From positions 5,700 to 69,699 of the forward strand of contig JAKLIV010000002.1 of the NCBI GenBank assembly GCA_022709405.1: a stretch of DNA of 64,000 bases. Direction: 5' to 3'. Made by a program: the position numbers and the translations under genes. Source of the stretch: Spirochaetota bacterium. Lineage in GTDB: Bacteria > Spirochaetota > UBA4802 > UBA5550. This document shows positions 29,039 through 39,249 of the stretch, piece by piece (the stretch's first letter is position 1; every line of letters begins with the position of its first letter). The notes beneath the pieces are model-generated. The model ran no database searches, was not told where the DNA came from, and saw nothing but the letters and a program-made list of their open reading frames with translations.

Positions 29039-29157
29039 TCAAGTTAACCAGCGGATATCATGAAGGTCAACCCATAATTTTATCGAATCCCCCAAAAAAA
29101 GATTTGCGCTCGATTGCCGGATGATTTCATTATGAGTACAGTTTAGAAGAGAGGCTA

Positions 29158-29952
29158 ATGAAAGCAAATACTACAGCAAACGATCGGCTTGTGATCGCGG
29201 GAAAGGTTTTTAATTCGCGCCTCCTCCTCGGAACGGGAAAATTTTCATCAATCGACATGATGAAAAAGGCGATTATTTCCTCGGGAACCGAAATAGTCAC
29301 CCTGGCTCTTCGCAGGGTAGATCTGGACAATCCCGCCGACGATCTTCTCAATTCGGTGACGGGCATTGAGCGCATCCAGCTCCTTCCTAACACTTCGGGC
29401 GCCCGCGATGCAAATGAGGCGATTCGCCTGGCAAGGCTCGCCCGGGCCGCGGGCTGCGGAGACTGGCTCAAGCTTGAAGTCACCCCTGATCCCCGCTACC
29501 TTCTGCCCGACCCCATCGAGACCCTGGGCGCCGCAGAAAAGCTCGTCAAGGAAGGGTTCATCGTGCTTCCGTATATCAACGCCGACCCCATTCTCGCTAA
29601 AAGACTCGAAGAGGCCGGCACGGCCACAGTCATGCCTCTGGGTTCCCCGATCGGGTCAAACCGCGGGCTCAAGACCGAGGACAACATAAGAATCATCATC
29701 GAGATGGCTAAGGTCCCGGTTATAGTCGATGCCGGGCTCGGGCTCCCTTCACATGCTTCCCATGCCATGGAAATGGGCGCATCGGCTGTTCTGGTCAACA
29801 CGGCCATCGCCGCGGCCCAGGATCCGGTGCTTATGGCCGAAGCGTTTAAAAAAGGCGTCGAGGCCGGCAGGCAGGCGTACCTCGCAGGCAGAGCGGCCGA
29901 AAGCCCCACCGCCAGCGCATCCAGCCCGCTGACCGGTTTTCTCCGGGATTGA
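29158..29952 (+). CDS. thiG: thiazole synthase
   Basis: 264 aa. LLLGTGKF...[14 protein letters not shown]...[13 protein letters not shown] match the ThiG TIM-barrel signature. Confidence 0.9.
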   Translation: MKANTTANDRLVIAGKVFNSRLLLGTGKFSSIDMMKKAIISSGTEIVTLALRRVDLDNPADDLLNSVTGIERIQLLPNTSGARDANEAIRLARLARAAGCGDWLKLEVTPDPRYLLPDPIETLGAAEKLVKEGFIVLPYINADPILAKRLEEAGTATVMPLGSPIGSNRGLKTEDNIRIIIEMAKVPVIVDAGLGLPSHASHAMEMGASAVLVNTAIAAAQDPVLMAEAFKKGVEAGRQAYLAGRAAESPTASASSPLTGFLRD

Positions 29953-29958
29953 TTTCTC

Positions 29959-31068
29959 ATGTTCGAAGAAATTTACCATAAGTATGACTGGGAAAAAATC
30001 AAGAAGGGGATTTACGGGTCGACCGGGGAAGATTTTCTGAGATCACTCGCCAAGGACACTTTTACGCCCGACGACATCATCCCCCTGTTTTCCCCTGCTG
30101 CGGACCAGTATCTGGAGGAAATGGCGGCGAAATCGCTGACAATTACCCGGCAGAGGTTCGGCAACACGATCCAGCTCTATGCTCCGCTGTATGTATCGAA
30201 TGTATGCTCGAATTCGTGCGTCTATTGCGGATTCAGCAGATCCAACCTGATCAAGAGAATCACGCTCTCACCCCGGGAAGTCGAGGACGAGGCCCGGATA
30301 CTCTACGACCGCGGATTCAGACACATCCTTCTGCTCACCGGTGAGGACCGCAGGGCAGTGACGCCGTCCGACCTCGCAAAAATCGCGAGATCGATCCACG
30401 GCCGTTTCGCATCCGTATCGATCGAAGTATATCCGATGGAAACCGATGAATATCGCATGATGGCGGAATCCGGCATTGACGGCCTCACGCTCTACCAGGA
30501 GACATACCATCGCGAGACCTATGCGAATGTTCACCCGGCCGGTAAGAAAAGGGACATTTCCTGGAGGCTCAACGGCCCTGACCGGGGCGGCATGGCCGGA
30601 TTCAGAAAAATCGGGATCGGGGCGCTCCTCGGACTCGCCGACTGGAGGATTGAATCGTTCTTCACCGCAGTGCATGCCATGCATCTTTCCAGGACATACT
30701 GGAGAAGCCTGATCCAGATATCTTTCCCCAGGCTAAGAAACGCTCCGGCCGGATTTACAGTTCCCTTTCCGGTCGACGACCGTTCGCTCATTCACATGAT
30801 CTGCGCCATGAGGATTATTTTCCCCGATGCCGGGCTCGTTCTGTCGACCCGCGAACCCTCCCGCATCCGCGACGGCCTGCTCCCTCTCGGAATCACGATG
30901 ATGAGCGCCGGTTCGAGCACCGGGCCTGGCGGCTACGGGCATCCAGGCCTTGCCGGGGACCAATTCCCGGTTGAAGACACGCGAACGCCCGAGGAAATCT
31001 GCTCTTTGATCAGATCAAAAGGGCTCGACCCGGTATGGAAGGACTGGGACAGAAAATTCATCGAGTGA
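29959..31068 (+). CDS. thiH: 2-iminoacetate synthase (radical SAM, tyrosine lyase)
   Basis: 369 aa. CSNSCVYCGF CX3CX2C motif. Directly downstream of thiG. No thiS-sized ORF is visible between rnpB and thiG. Confidence 0.85.
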   Translation: MFEEIYHKYDWEKIKKGIYGSTGEDFLRSLAKDTFTPDDIIPLFSPAADQYLEEMAAKSLTITRQRFGNTIQLYAPLYVSNVCSNSCVYCGFSRSNLIKRITLSPREVEDEARILYDRGFRHILLLTGEDRRAVTPSDLAKIARSIHGRFASVSIEVYPMETDEYRMMAESGIDGLTLYQETYHRETYANVHPAGKKRDISWRLNGPDRGGMAGFRKIGIGALLGLADWRIESFFTAVHAMHLSRTYWRSLIQISFPRLRNAPAGFTVPFPVDDRSLIHMICAMRIIFPDAGLVLSTREPSRIRDGLLPLGITMMSAGSSTGPGGYGHPGLAGDQFPVEDTRTPEEICSLIRSKGLDPVWKDWDRKFIE

Positions 31069-31101
31069 CGACCGCCGGCGCTTTTTCCGGATCCCGCTGC
31101 A

Positions 31102-32316
31102 TCACTTCACGCCGCATCCTTTGCCGAGGTACAGACCGCGCAAATACGGCTTCTGCGACGCAAACGCGAGCGACTGTTCCAGGATGGCTTCCTCAGCGTA
31201 ATCGATGCGGTATTTCCATGTTTCATAGTCGAAGGTTACCGACCGGGCGAAATACAGCGGTTTCATGGCCTCGATGATATCGCTTTTCACCTGCCTGGAA
31301 CCGGTGTCGAAGGCGAAGAGCAGCTGGTAGACCGTCTGTGTCCACGAAAGGGTGTTCATCTCGAAATGGTCGTGTTCGACCATCCGGCTGAAATTCCTAT
31401 ACAGATATTCGCTGAGATATTTCTTCAGAAGCTTTTCCCGCGACAGAAACTCGGTCCTCAACTGGTCCTTGAGCGACCGAAGATCGACTTTCAGTTCCTG
31501 AGGCGGAGCGAGGCGCTTGAGACCATACAGCGGTTTGGGCTTCACCCTCCCTGGCGCCTGCTGCATCCATTGATCTTTCGTAGAAAGCAGCATGTCGAAA
31601 AATGTCGTCACCACCTGGGTAAACATGGGGCCGAGCTTGGGCGCGCTCGCCTTGTGCACTTTAGCGCCGAGTCCGACCTCGCATATCTTGAATTTGCCGA
31701 TTACCGCGTTCAGGGACATGAAAATATCGATGCCGTACAGCCTTGTCGACGGCAGCCATTTCTGTTCCATCCAGTAGCTCATCAGAGCGGGCGAAAACGC
31801 GAACTCACCCCCTATCGGCTGGCGGATGTTCTCGCCCATCAGGCCGTAAAGGAGAGGATAGCAGATATGATTTGTTATGGTGCCGTCGAACTGATGCCTG
31901 GAATACCGGGGAAGCGCGTAATCGAAACCCTTCACGATGGGTTCAGCGAGGTATTTTATCCACTCGGGCGTTATGGATTTCAAGTCGGCGTCAACGACCA
32001 CGATTGCCTTTAAATCCGACATCTGCGTTTTGCCGTATTTGAAAAGGTTCAGAAAATTGTTCCCCTTGCCTTTGACCCCCTGCGGGGTGGTTATGTATTT
32101 CTTGGATGTTGCGGTCGGTGTGGAGAGGAATGCGTCCCTGGTATTGTCCTCGCTGTTGTTGTCGACATTGACGATAAGCGACCTGTATTGCGAAAAATAC
32201 CGCTGAAGCCCTCGGTCGACCTGCTGCGTCACGAATCCGATTGAATCCGCCTCCATGTACGACGGTATTCCCACAATGATCTCGGCGTGTCCATCTTTTT
32301 TGGTGCTCATAACCAC
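31102..32316 (-). CDS. GT-A fold glycosyltransferase (GT2/GT81-like, glucosyl-3-phosphoglycerate-synthase-like)
   Basis: 404 aa. IVGIPSYMEADSI...VVDADL DXD-type motifs in an N-terminal Rossmann-like half. Long helical C-terminal half. Confidence 0.5.
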   Translation of the reverse strand: MVMSTKKDGHAEIIVGIPSYMEADSIGFVTQQVDRGLQRYFSQYRSLIVNVDNNSEDNTRDAFLSTPTATSKKYITTPQGVKGKGNNFLNLFKYGKTQMSDLKAIVVVDADLKSITPEWIKYLAEPIVKGFDYALPRYSRHQFDGTITNHICYPLLYGLMGENIRQPIGGEFAFSPALMSYWMEQKWLPSTRLYGIDIFMSLNAVIGKFKICEVGLGAKVHKASAPKLGPMFTQVVTTFFDMLLSTKDQWMQQAPGRVKPKPLYGLKRLAPPQELKVDLRSLKDQLRTEFLSREKLLKKYLSEYLYRNFSRMVEHDHFEMNTLSWTQTVYQLLFAFDTGSRQVKSDIIEAMKPLYFARSVTFDYETWKYRIDYAEEAILEQSLAFASQKPYLRGLYLGKGCGVK

Positions 32317-32491
32317 TTCCCTTCACTTGAGGATGATATTCATACATACGCCGTCTTCGCGAGTCCGGCCTTCATCCCTGCCGGTCTTCGCTGAGACTAT
32401 GGTTGTATTATATCTTTATCGGGATATATGGCAACAATATTACGCTGCCGCAGGATTGCAGCCATAGAAAATCATTCGGATGTTCGAACCA

Positions 32492-32523
32492 GACAAAAAA
32501 GAGGCTGTCCGAAGACAGCCTAA
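32492..32523 (-). terminator. rho-independent terminator ending the hydrogenase operon transcript
   Basis: Stem aggctgtc-cgaa-gacagcct flanked by aaaaaag, which gives a U-run on the minus strand. Sits 90 bp downstream of the REC gene. Confidence 0.7.
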
Positions 32524-32610
32524 GTTACTTATTAAGAGGGATTGATTCCCCGGACGTATGCCGTCCAGAGAACAATTGGCATTACACAATACTATAAAAC
32601 GCTGTTGGCG

Positions 32611-33015
32611 TCACTTGACGATGGCTTTGACTTTTTCAAGCATCACATCGAGGTTGATGGGTTTCGTCAAAAAGTCATTAACCTTCGGCAAAAAGCTCTC
32701 TTCCTGGTTCAGGGAAAAACGGTTGTTCGTCACCTGGTTGATGGCGGTCAGGATTATGATGGGAACATCCTTGACTGCCTTGTATTTGGAAGAGTCCCTT
32801 TTATCGCGGATCTGGTAAACCGCTTCGAAACCTGCGGTATCCCGCTCCATCATGATGTCAAGAATCATGAGGTCTGGTTTTTCAGCGAGAAGCTTGCCGA
32901 GTCCTTCCTGTCCGCTGTATGCTTCGGCCACTTCGTATTTATTGGACCTGAGGACCTGCGCGATGGACTGCACAAGATCCTTGTCATCATCAACGATTAA
33001 AATCTTATTCCCCAT
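32611..33015 (-). CDS. single-domain CheY-like response regulator receiver with an insertion
   Basis: 134 aa. ILIVDDDKDL...DLMILDIMM...TKP. Last cistron of the hydrogenase operon. Confidence 0.8.
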   Translation of the reverse strand: MGNKILIVDDDKDLVQSIAQVLRSNKYEVAEAYSGQEGLGKLLAEKPDLMILDIMMERDTAGFEAVYQIRDKRDSSKYKAVKDVPIIILTAINQVTNNRFSLNQEESFLPKVNDFLTKPINLDVMLEKVKAIVK

Positions 33016-33113
33016 ATTAAAACTCCCTGTATTAATATCAAGATCGCATCATTGCTGATCGAATTCGCGGCGCATTCGGTGAAATCCGGCGAGCGCGCCG
33101 CGACAGACTCGAA

Positions 33114-33644
33114 TCAGTTCTTCAGCAATTCATAAATAACGTTTCTCTGCTCCCATGCCTTGTTTCTTTCGTACATGTCGATCGGGAATTCCATCTGCTT
33201 CAACTCGATCGGGGCCGCCTGTTTGGGAACGAGACCAAGGGCGAGCGCCACACCGTAAATGATCGCTTCCGGACGGGGAGGACATCCCGGGATGAAATAG
33301 TTTACCGGCACGGCCTTGTCTGCGCCTCCGGAAACATTGTAGGTATCGAACCAGCTGCCGCCGCCTGTGGCGCATGACCCGATGCCGAAAACGAGCTTGG
33401 GCTCGGGCATGGCGTCGTACGCTTTTTTGGCCAGGGCCAGTGTCGGCCTGGTCACTCCGCCCGAGATTAGCATGACATCAGCGTGCCTGGGTGAAGCGAC
33501 AAGCTTGATCCCGAACCGCTCGACATCGTAATACGGCGTCAGGACGTTCAATATCTCGATATCGCATCCGTTGCATGACCCTGAATTGCAGTGATACACC
33601 CAGAGCGAACGACCAAAAAATTTCTTAGCTAAATTGGACAACAT
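33114..33644 (-). CDS. group-4 [NiFe] hydrogenase small subunit (HycG/EchC/NuoB family)
   Basis: CNSGSCNGCD...GIGSCATGGG...PGCPPRP cluster-binding motifs. Confidence 0.85.
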   Translation of the reverse strand: MLSNLAKKFFGRSLWVYHCNSGSCNGCDIEILNVLTPYYDVERFGIKLVASPRHADVMLISGGVTRPTLALAKKAYDAMPEPKLVFGIGSCATGGGSWFDTYNVSGGADKAVPVNYFIPGCPPRPEAIIYGVALALGLVPKQAAPIELKQMEFPIDMYERNKAWEQRNVIYELLKN

Positions 33645-33654
33645 GACGTAACTC

Positions 33655-34194
33655 CTATAATTTTGTCGGTCTCTGATATTTTTCAGTTTCTTTCAGGACA
33701 TTCGGATCGAAATGCTCCGTTGTCTTGCGGATAAGAGCCCTTGCTTCGAGGCTGTCATACCGGTAGCCCCTGAGGTCGAGGCGCTCCAGGGCGTTCGTGT
33801 TTTCCATGTCATAGCACCTTCCGCACCTCTGGCAGGTGAGCATGAAAAGCTCGATCCTTTCGGTGATGTCCTCCCTGTCGCCTGTCGCATTTTCGAATTC
33901 CTGGCTCATCGTTATTGCCTTTTCCGGGCAGACGTCCGCGCAGCGGCCGCAGTAGGTGCAGCGCGAACCGTCGTAGAGCATGATACGCAGCTCCTGGCAA
34001 GTATCGCGGACGAGTATGCAGCGGGCCGAGCAGTGGTTCGAGCATGCTCCGCAGCCGACGCATTTATGGTGATCCCAGTGCGGTCTTCCCCTGAAATTCT
34101 CGGGAGCGGGATGCGGCTCGAACGGATATTTCAGAGTTACGACGCCGGGCTTTATTACCATGAGTACCTGTTTTACTTTACTGGTTAACCACAC
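33655..34194 (-). CDS. 2x[4Fe-4S] ferredoxin subunit (HycF/NuoI family)
   Basis: CVGCGACSNHC and CTYCGRCADVCP motifs. Confidence 0.8.
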   Translation of the reverse strand: MWLTSKVKQVLMVIKPGVVTLKYPFEPHPAPENFRGRPHWDHHKCVGCGACSNHCSARCILVRDTCQELRIMLYDGSRCTYCGRCADVCPEKAITMSQEFENATGDREDITERIELFMLTCQRCGRCYDMENTNALERLDLRGYRYDSLEARALIRKTTEHFDPNVLKETEKYQRPTKL

Positions 34195-34217
34195 GATATT
34201 ACTCCTTATCTATGAAA

Positions 34218-35120
34218 TTATATGCCATATACTGACAGGCCGACCGCACAGAGCGCAAGGACTATCAGCACCGAATAGAACTTGATCGCCTGATCTATCC
34301 TGAGCCTGGCGTTCGTCGAGCCGATCAGGGAGATAAATCCGAAAACGACGCCGATTTCGACGATCTGCACGGCGAGATTCACGATATAAATACCGGTATT
34401 CAGGAAAGGTATGAATACCATCACGAAAAGCGCCGCATAGAACATCTGCTTGAGCATCATGTAATATTTGAACAGTGCGTAATTGGGGCCGCTGTACTCG
34501 ATGAATGGTCCCTCGAGTATCTCAATTTCGGCCTCGCTTATGTCGAAAGGAGGACGCCCGACAAAGGCCTGCAGCGCCGCCAGGTAGACGACCAGCATCA
34601 GCGCCACCGACCATCCGTATCCGACCGAATTGATGCTGAACATGGTTATGTCGATCCCGAGGCTTTTCATCTTGACCGCGCCCATGATCAGGGTCATCGC
34701 CAGCACCGGCTCCACCATGATCATGGTGATCATTTCACGGCTTGCGCCGATCATCGCGTAAGTGTTCTTGCTCGAAAGCGCTCCGAGAAGGACCGCGATC
34801 CCCCCCAGCGTAAGCAGGTAGATGATCGTGATGATGTCGGCATACTGGGTCAGGTAATTCGCCTTGTTGGCCAGCGGGAAAAACGCTATGACCGACACGA
34901 TCGAGGCGAAAGCCATCATCGGCGCGAACTTGAATCCCCAGTTGTCCGCTGAATTGATCGTGGTCTTGCCCAGAAGCTTGAAAATGTCCATATACGGCTG
35001 ATATATGGGCGGCCCCTGGCGCGACTGGACCTTGGCGGTGATCTTTCTGATTATCCCCTCGAAAAGCGGGGCCAGACCGAGAAATACTAAAAGGTTAACG
35101 ATAATATATACTGCTTCCAT
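34218..35120 (-). CDS. membrane subunit HycD/EchB/NuoH family
   Basis: 300 aa polytopic membrane protein with QSRQGPPIYQPYMDIFKLLGK. Confidence 0.8.
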   Translation of the reverse strand: MEAVYIIVNLLVFLGLAPLFEGIIRKITAKVQSRQGPPIYQPYMDIFKLLGKTTINSADNWGFKFAPMMAFASIVSVIAFFPLANKANYLTQYADIITIIYLLTLGGIAVLLGALSSKNTYAMIGASREMITMIMVEPVLAMTLIMGAVKMKSLGIDITMFSINSVGYGWSVALMLVVYLAALQAFVGRPPFDISEAEIEILEGPFIEYSGPNYALFKYYMMLKQMFYAALFVMVFIPFLNTGIYIVNLAVQIVEIGVVFGFISLIGSTNARLRIDQAIKFYSVLIVLALCAVGLSVYGI

Positions 35121-35137
35121 AAGATACCTTCCCCTGC

Positions 35138-36805
35138 TTATGCTCTTCTTGACATTCTTTCCAGATCCCTCTGGTTCATCACATTGACCTTGCCTGATTT
35201 TATGTCCACGACCTGAACGCGGTCAGTACAGGAGAAACAGGGGTCAATACTTCCTAGAATTATCGGAAAATCGGCGAACTGATCGTTAAGGAGCATCGTC
35301 GGAACTCCCTGGAGGTTCGGATAGGTTGGGGCGCGGACTCTCCACCGGTCTGCCCTGTTTTCGTCGCCGGATATCACATAGTGCACCGATTCGCCCCTGG
35401 GCGCCTCGACATGGGATATCGCATGGCGTTGTGATTGTATGACATCATCCATTTCAGTGATGATCTTGCCCTCGGGCAGCTGATCGAGCGCCTGACGGAC
35501 GATCTTGATCGCTTCAAATATCTCGAGTATGCGGACGACGACCGTTCCCCAGACGTCATTGGTGTCGACGACCGGAACATCGAACTTGACCGCGTCGTAC
35601 GCGGCGTAGGGATGGTCCCTGCGCACGTCTATGTCGACTCCCCTCGCCCTGGCGGGAGGCCCGACTATGCTCCACTGGACGGCCTCTTCGTGGGTCATGT
35701 AACCGACGCCTTTGGTCCTCTTGTGTATTGTGGTGTCACCGATGATGGCCTTATGAACGACAATGCACTCTTCTTCGACTTTTTTAAGCACGCGGAGCAT
35801 ATCGTCCTTGAGCTCAGGAGTGATGTCCCTTCTGACACCGCCCACGACGATCATGCCGTATGTCTTCCTGTTTCCGGTCCATTTCTCGCAGAGCCACATG
35901 ATGTCCTCGCGGATCCTCCATGACTGCATGAAAACCGTGTCGAACCCGATCAGGTGGCCGGCGACGCCCAGCCAGAGGAGGTGGGAGTGCAGCCTTTCTA
36001 TCTCGAGCATGATCGTCCTGATGAATTCCGCCCTGCGGGAGATCTTGAGGTCAGCGACCATTTCAACGCACTGAGCATATGCCGTTGCATGCACCGATCC
36101 GCAGATACCGCAAATGCGCTCCGCGATGAACGGAACTTCATTGTAGCTGACCTGGGTCGTGCAGAGCTTTTCAATTCCGCGGTGAGTCATGAATCCGCGG
36201 TAGTCGCATCCCTTGATCGTTTCGCCGTCGACGAATATCGACCAGTGGTTGGGCTCATGCAGCGACGGATGGAAAGGTCCCACCGGAACTACCGAGCATC
36301 CTTCCGGGCACTCGTCCATCTGGTAAGCTACATTTTCCGCCGGAGGCGGAACCAGGTTGTAAGGGACTTCCTTCCGCAGGGGATGGATTCCCTCGGGCCA
36401 GTCGTCCGAGAGTACAAGCCTTTTGGGCTTGGGATGTCCCGTGAATTTCATCCCGAGCAGGTCCATGTATTCCCTTTCGGACCAGCCGGCATTGGGGACG
36501 TCCGGGGTGATGGAATCCATCACCGGGTCGTTTTCGGGCACCCAGGCCCTGACGCAGATAACTGTGCTGTCCTTGTCGAACGCGAAGGTATGTATCATAC
36601 CCAGCGTGTTGTCCCTCTTGGTGTTATCATAGCCTATGCCGACCAGATAACGGCCTCCCTGAGTGAACAGCTCCTTGCAAACCCCCTTGACGCCCTCTTT
36701 CTTGACGTCAACGAAGAGCCTGTCTTCCAGGGGGGACTCGAATTTGATGATATTGCCGCCGAATTTGCTTTTTAAAGTATCTTTCAATTGTTCTAAAGCT
36801 TTCAT
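35138..36805 (-). CDS. group-4 [NiFe] hydrogenase large subunit, fused NuoC-NuoD type (HycE-like)
   Basis: 555 aa. N-terminal NuoC-like domain. L1 motif ERICGICGSVH and L2 motif DPCFSCTDR are both intact. A roughly 26-aa C-terminal extension after L2 is available for protease processing. Confidence 0.85.
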   Translation of the reverse strand: MKALEQLKDTLKSKFGGNIIKFESPLEDRLFVDVKKEGVKGVCKELFTQGGRYLVGIGYDNTKRDNTLGMIHTFAFDKDSTVICVRAWVPENDPVMDSITPDVPNAGWSEREYMDLLGMKFTGHPKPKRLVLSDDWPEGIHPLRKEVPYNLVPPPAENVAYQMDECPEGCSVVPVGPFHPSLHEPNHWSIFVDGETIKGCDYRGFMTHRGIEKLCTTQVSYNEVPFIAERICGICGSVHATAYAQCVEMVADLKISRRAEFIRTIMLEIERLHSHLLWLGVAGHLIGFDTVFMQSWRIREDIMWLCEKWTGNRKTYGMIVVGGVRRDITPELKDDMLRVLKKVEEECIVVHKAIIGDTTIHKRTKGVGYMTHEEAVQWSIVGPPARARGVDIDVRRDHPYAAYDAVKFDVPVVDTNDVWGTVVVRILEIFEAIKIVRQALDQLPEGKIITEMDDVIQSQRHAISHVEAPRGESVHYVISGDENRADRWRVRAPTYPNLQGVPTMLLNDQFADFPIILGSIDPCFSCTDRVQVVDIKSGKVNVMNQRDLERMSRRA

Positions 36806-36841
36806 ATTCTACCCCTTGATAATTATATCCGTTTGAAGCAC

Positions 36842-38752
36842 CTATTTCTTGACGTTGCCGCCGGTCCACCAGAGGAAAGACTTCAATGCGGAGAACATAT
36901 TGCTTTCCTTGTATCTTGTCAGGTTGTGAAGATCCTGGTAGCCGCACAGCCAGGTATCGGCCTTGCGCTCGGTTGAACCAGCGGAATTTTTCAGAGCCCA
37001 GGCGATCAGGAACGCGACCGCGAAAACGACCACCATCACCACCGGAACGGCGACAGACGTGGCGATTCCGGACATGCCGGTCAGGCTTACGCCCATCGCG
37101 GTCGTATCAAGGTATTTGCTGAAATCGAAAGTCCTGAAAGTATGATAGAAAATCGATCCCTGCGACTTGCTGAATATATCGATAATTGTCGTGTAATAGA
37201 AGAAAGGAATCAGTCCCTGTACGATGCAGAGGATTGTAAGAACGGCCTTGGGAGCGATCATCGTCCCCGGAACCTCCTTGATCTCCTTCTTGATGTTCCA
37301 CTCCGCGCCTGACGCAGTGTAGGTCAAACCGAAGAATTTCACGTAGCAGGAGAGGGTTACCGCGCTGGTGAACAGGGCTATGATGCCGAAGACCACCAGA
37401 AAAAGCACCTCGCTTCCGGCGAGCAGGTTCGTTGAGATGATGGTCCACTTGCTCGCGAACCCGCTGAAAGGCGGCACGCCCGCGATCGACAGGGAGGCTA
37501 TGCCGGCGATGATTCCGCTTATCGGCATGACCTTGAGCAGACCGCCGAGCTTGTTCATGTCTTTCGTGCCAGTCGCGTACAGAACGCTGCCGGCCGAGAG
37601 GAACAGGAGTCCCTTGAATATCGCATGGTTGAGAACGTGGTATATAGCGCCGACGATCGCGATGAGCCCCATGAGCTTGACGAACTCGCTCTCGCTGTGG
37701 AACATCACGAGTGAAGAACCGACCGCCAGGACTATGTAACCTATCTGGCCTATCGAGCTGTACGCGAGAAGCCGCTTGATGTCGCTCTGTTTCATGGACT
37801 GCACGGTGCCGATGAACAGGGTGACCACGCCGAAAGTGGCGATCACGACGCCCCAGAACGTACCGTTGAAATGAGCGCCCTCGGTGTGGGGAACCATCCA
37901 GAAGAAGGTCCTGATGATGCCGTAGATGCCGGTCTTGATCATGACCCCGGAAAGCAGCGCGCTTATCGGCGACGGCGCTATCGAGTGGGCGTCAGGCAGC
38001 CACATCTGCCCGAAGGGGAATATGGCGGCCTTGAAGGCGAACCCGAGAAGGATCAGGCCGAACACGAAATACGTCATGACCGGTCCGGTTTCGCCGAGCT
38101 TGTAGGTCAGCTCGTGCACGGAATCGCCGAGGCCGGCGCCCTTGATAAGGAATCCTCCCACGACGACGAGGAGCCAGGCAAGCTCCATCAGGATGAGGTA
38201 CTTGTTGGCGCTCTTGACGTTCTCGGCCTTCTTGAATTCGAACTTTACCAGGAAGTACGATGAAATGGTCATCATCTGCCAGGCTATCGTGAATCCGACC
38301 GAAAGGTCATCGAGAGTGACAAGACCGATCATTCCGCATATGAACAGCGGAAAGTTGACATAAAAGGGCTTCATGCTGTAGTCGGGATAATGCTCCATGT
38401 ACTGCATGGAGTAGAATGCGCTCATTATCGCCATGAAGATGATAAGCCCGATAAAGAAGGCCGAGAAGCTGTCCAGCAGCATGAAGAGCTTGAAGCTCCC
38501 TATGGAGATGGCGATGTTTGACATATCCATCATCCCGGTCAGGCTTAGAAAACCCAGGTCGAAGACCGAGCTTTCGTCCCCGAAAATCGACGCATAGCTT
38601 ATGTTGAGTAATATGATTCCCGCTATAGCAACCAGCGCAAAGTTAAGCCATCCCGCGAGCTTCCGGTTGTCCGAAAAGAACGGGACGACAATGGCTGACA
38701 GCAGCAGTACGGCCATTGCGGTTAGTAAATTCCCATAAATATCTGCACTCAT
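36842..38752 (-). CDS. antiporter-like membrane subunit (HycC/HyfB/NuoL family)
   Basis: Start at MSADIYGNLL (38752) with RBS aaggag and an ATGA overlap with the hycI stop. Polytopic, with the NuoL/MnhA fold pattern. The ORF track's 38776 start would overlap hycI by 28 nt. Confidence 0.75.
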   Translation of the reverse strand: MSADIYGNLLTAMAVLLLSAIVVPFFSDNRKLAGWLNFALVAIAGIILLNISYASIFGDESSVFDLGFLSLTGMMDMSNIAISIGSFKLFMLLDSFSAFFIGLIIFMAIMSAFYSMQYMEHYPDYSMKPFYVNFPLFICGMIGLVTLDDLSVGFTIAWQMMTISSYFLVKFEFKKAENVKSANKYLILMELAWLLVVVGGFLIKGAGLGDSVHELTYKLGETGPVMTYFVFGLILLGFAFKAAIFPFGQMWLPDAHSIAPSPISALLSGVMIKTGIYGIIRTFFWMVPHTEGAHFNGTFWGVVIATFGVVTLFIGTVQSMKQSDIKRLLAYSSIGQIGYIVLAVGSSLVMFHSESEFVKLMGLIAIVGAIYHVLNHAIFKGLLFLSAGSVLYATGTKDMNKLGGLLKVMPISGIIAGIASLSIAGVPPFSGFASKWTIISTNLLAGSEVLFLVVFGIIALFTSAVTLSCYVKFFGLTYTASGAEWNIKKEIKEVPGTMIAPKAVLTILCIVQGLIPFFYYTTIIDIFSKSQGSIFYHTFRTFDFSKYLDTTAMGVSLTGMSGIATSVAVPVVMVVVFAVAFLIAWALKNSAGSTERKADTWLCGYQDLHNLTRYKESNMFSALKSFLWWTGGNVKK

Positions 38753-39249
38753 TGATATACTCCTTTTTGGCTGCAATTTATGGATTTAAGTAATAAATCC
38801 GTTACAGTATCCGCGCTTTTCTTGACATCGTCTGAAAGCCCGATTCCGAAATCTATGTCATCGGCGATGATGCCCAGCAGATACGTGCTTTTGTTGTTTT
38901 CTTCCAGTATTTTACCGGAGATGCTCAGGGAGAGCTTATGGGTGGAAAACATCCCCTCGAACATCCCCATATCGTTGATTCTGCCGAAGATGACCGAGCC
39001 GCGTTCTCCCTCCGCCTGGACCGCGTCAACGATTATGACGTTTTCACAGTCCATTCCGGCGATCTTGAACACATAGCTCTCGATTACGTCCTCGACATTC
39101 AGAACAGTCAATGTTTCAGATTCAACGGCTTCTTTGAGCCGGTCGACGATATACAGGCCGACGGCATCGTCGGTTTTATAATAGTTGCCCATACCGACTA
39201 TGCATGTCCTCGCGCCCATTATTTCGTCTATTTGAGAAATAAAATCCAT
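38749..39249 (-). CDS. hycI: hydrogenase maturation endopeptidase (HycI/HybD family)
   Basis: Start MDFISQIDEIMGARTCIVGMGNYYKTDDAVGLYIVDRL at 39249. TGATG overlap with the upstream stop. The ORF track's long N-terminal extension is Arg/His-rich and non-genic. Confidence 0.75.
   Translation of the reverse strand: MDFISQIDEIMGARTCIVGMGNYYKTDDAVGLYIVDRLKEAVESETLTVLNVEDVIESYVFKIAGMDCENVIIVDAVQAEGERGSVIFGRINDMGMFEGMFSTHKLSLSISGKILEENNKSTYLLGIIADDIDFGIGLSDDVKKSADTVTDLLLKSINCSQKGVYQ

Noticed and set aside
28633-29124. Three small ORFs (87, 125 and 69 aa)
   Set aside because: They overlap the RNase P RNA gene on the opposite strand. Their products are Pro/Arg-rich junk.
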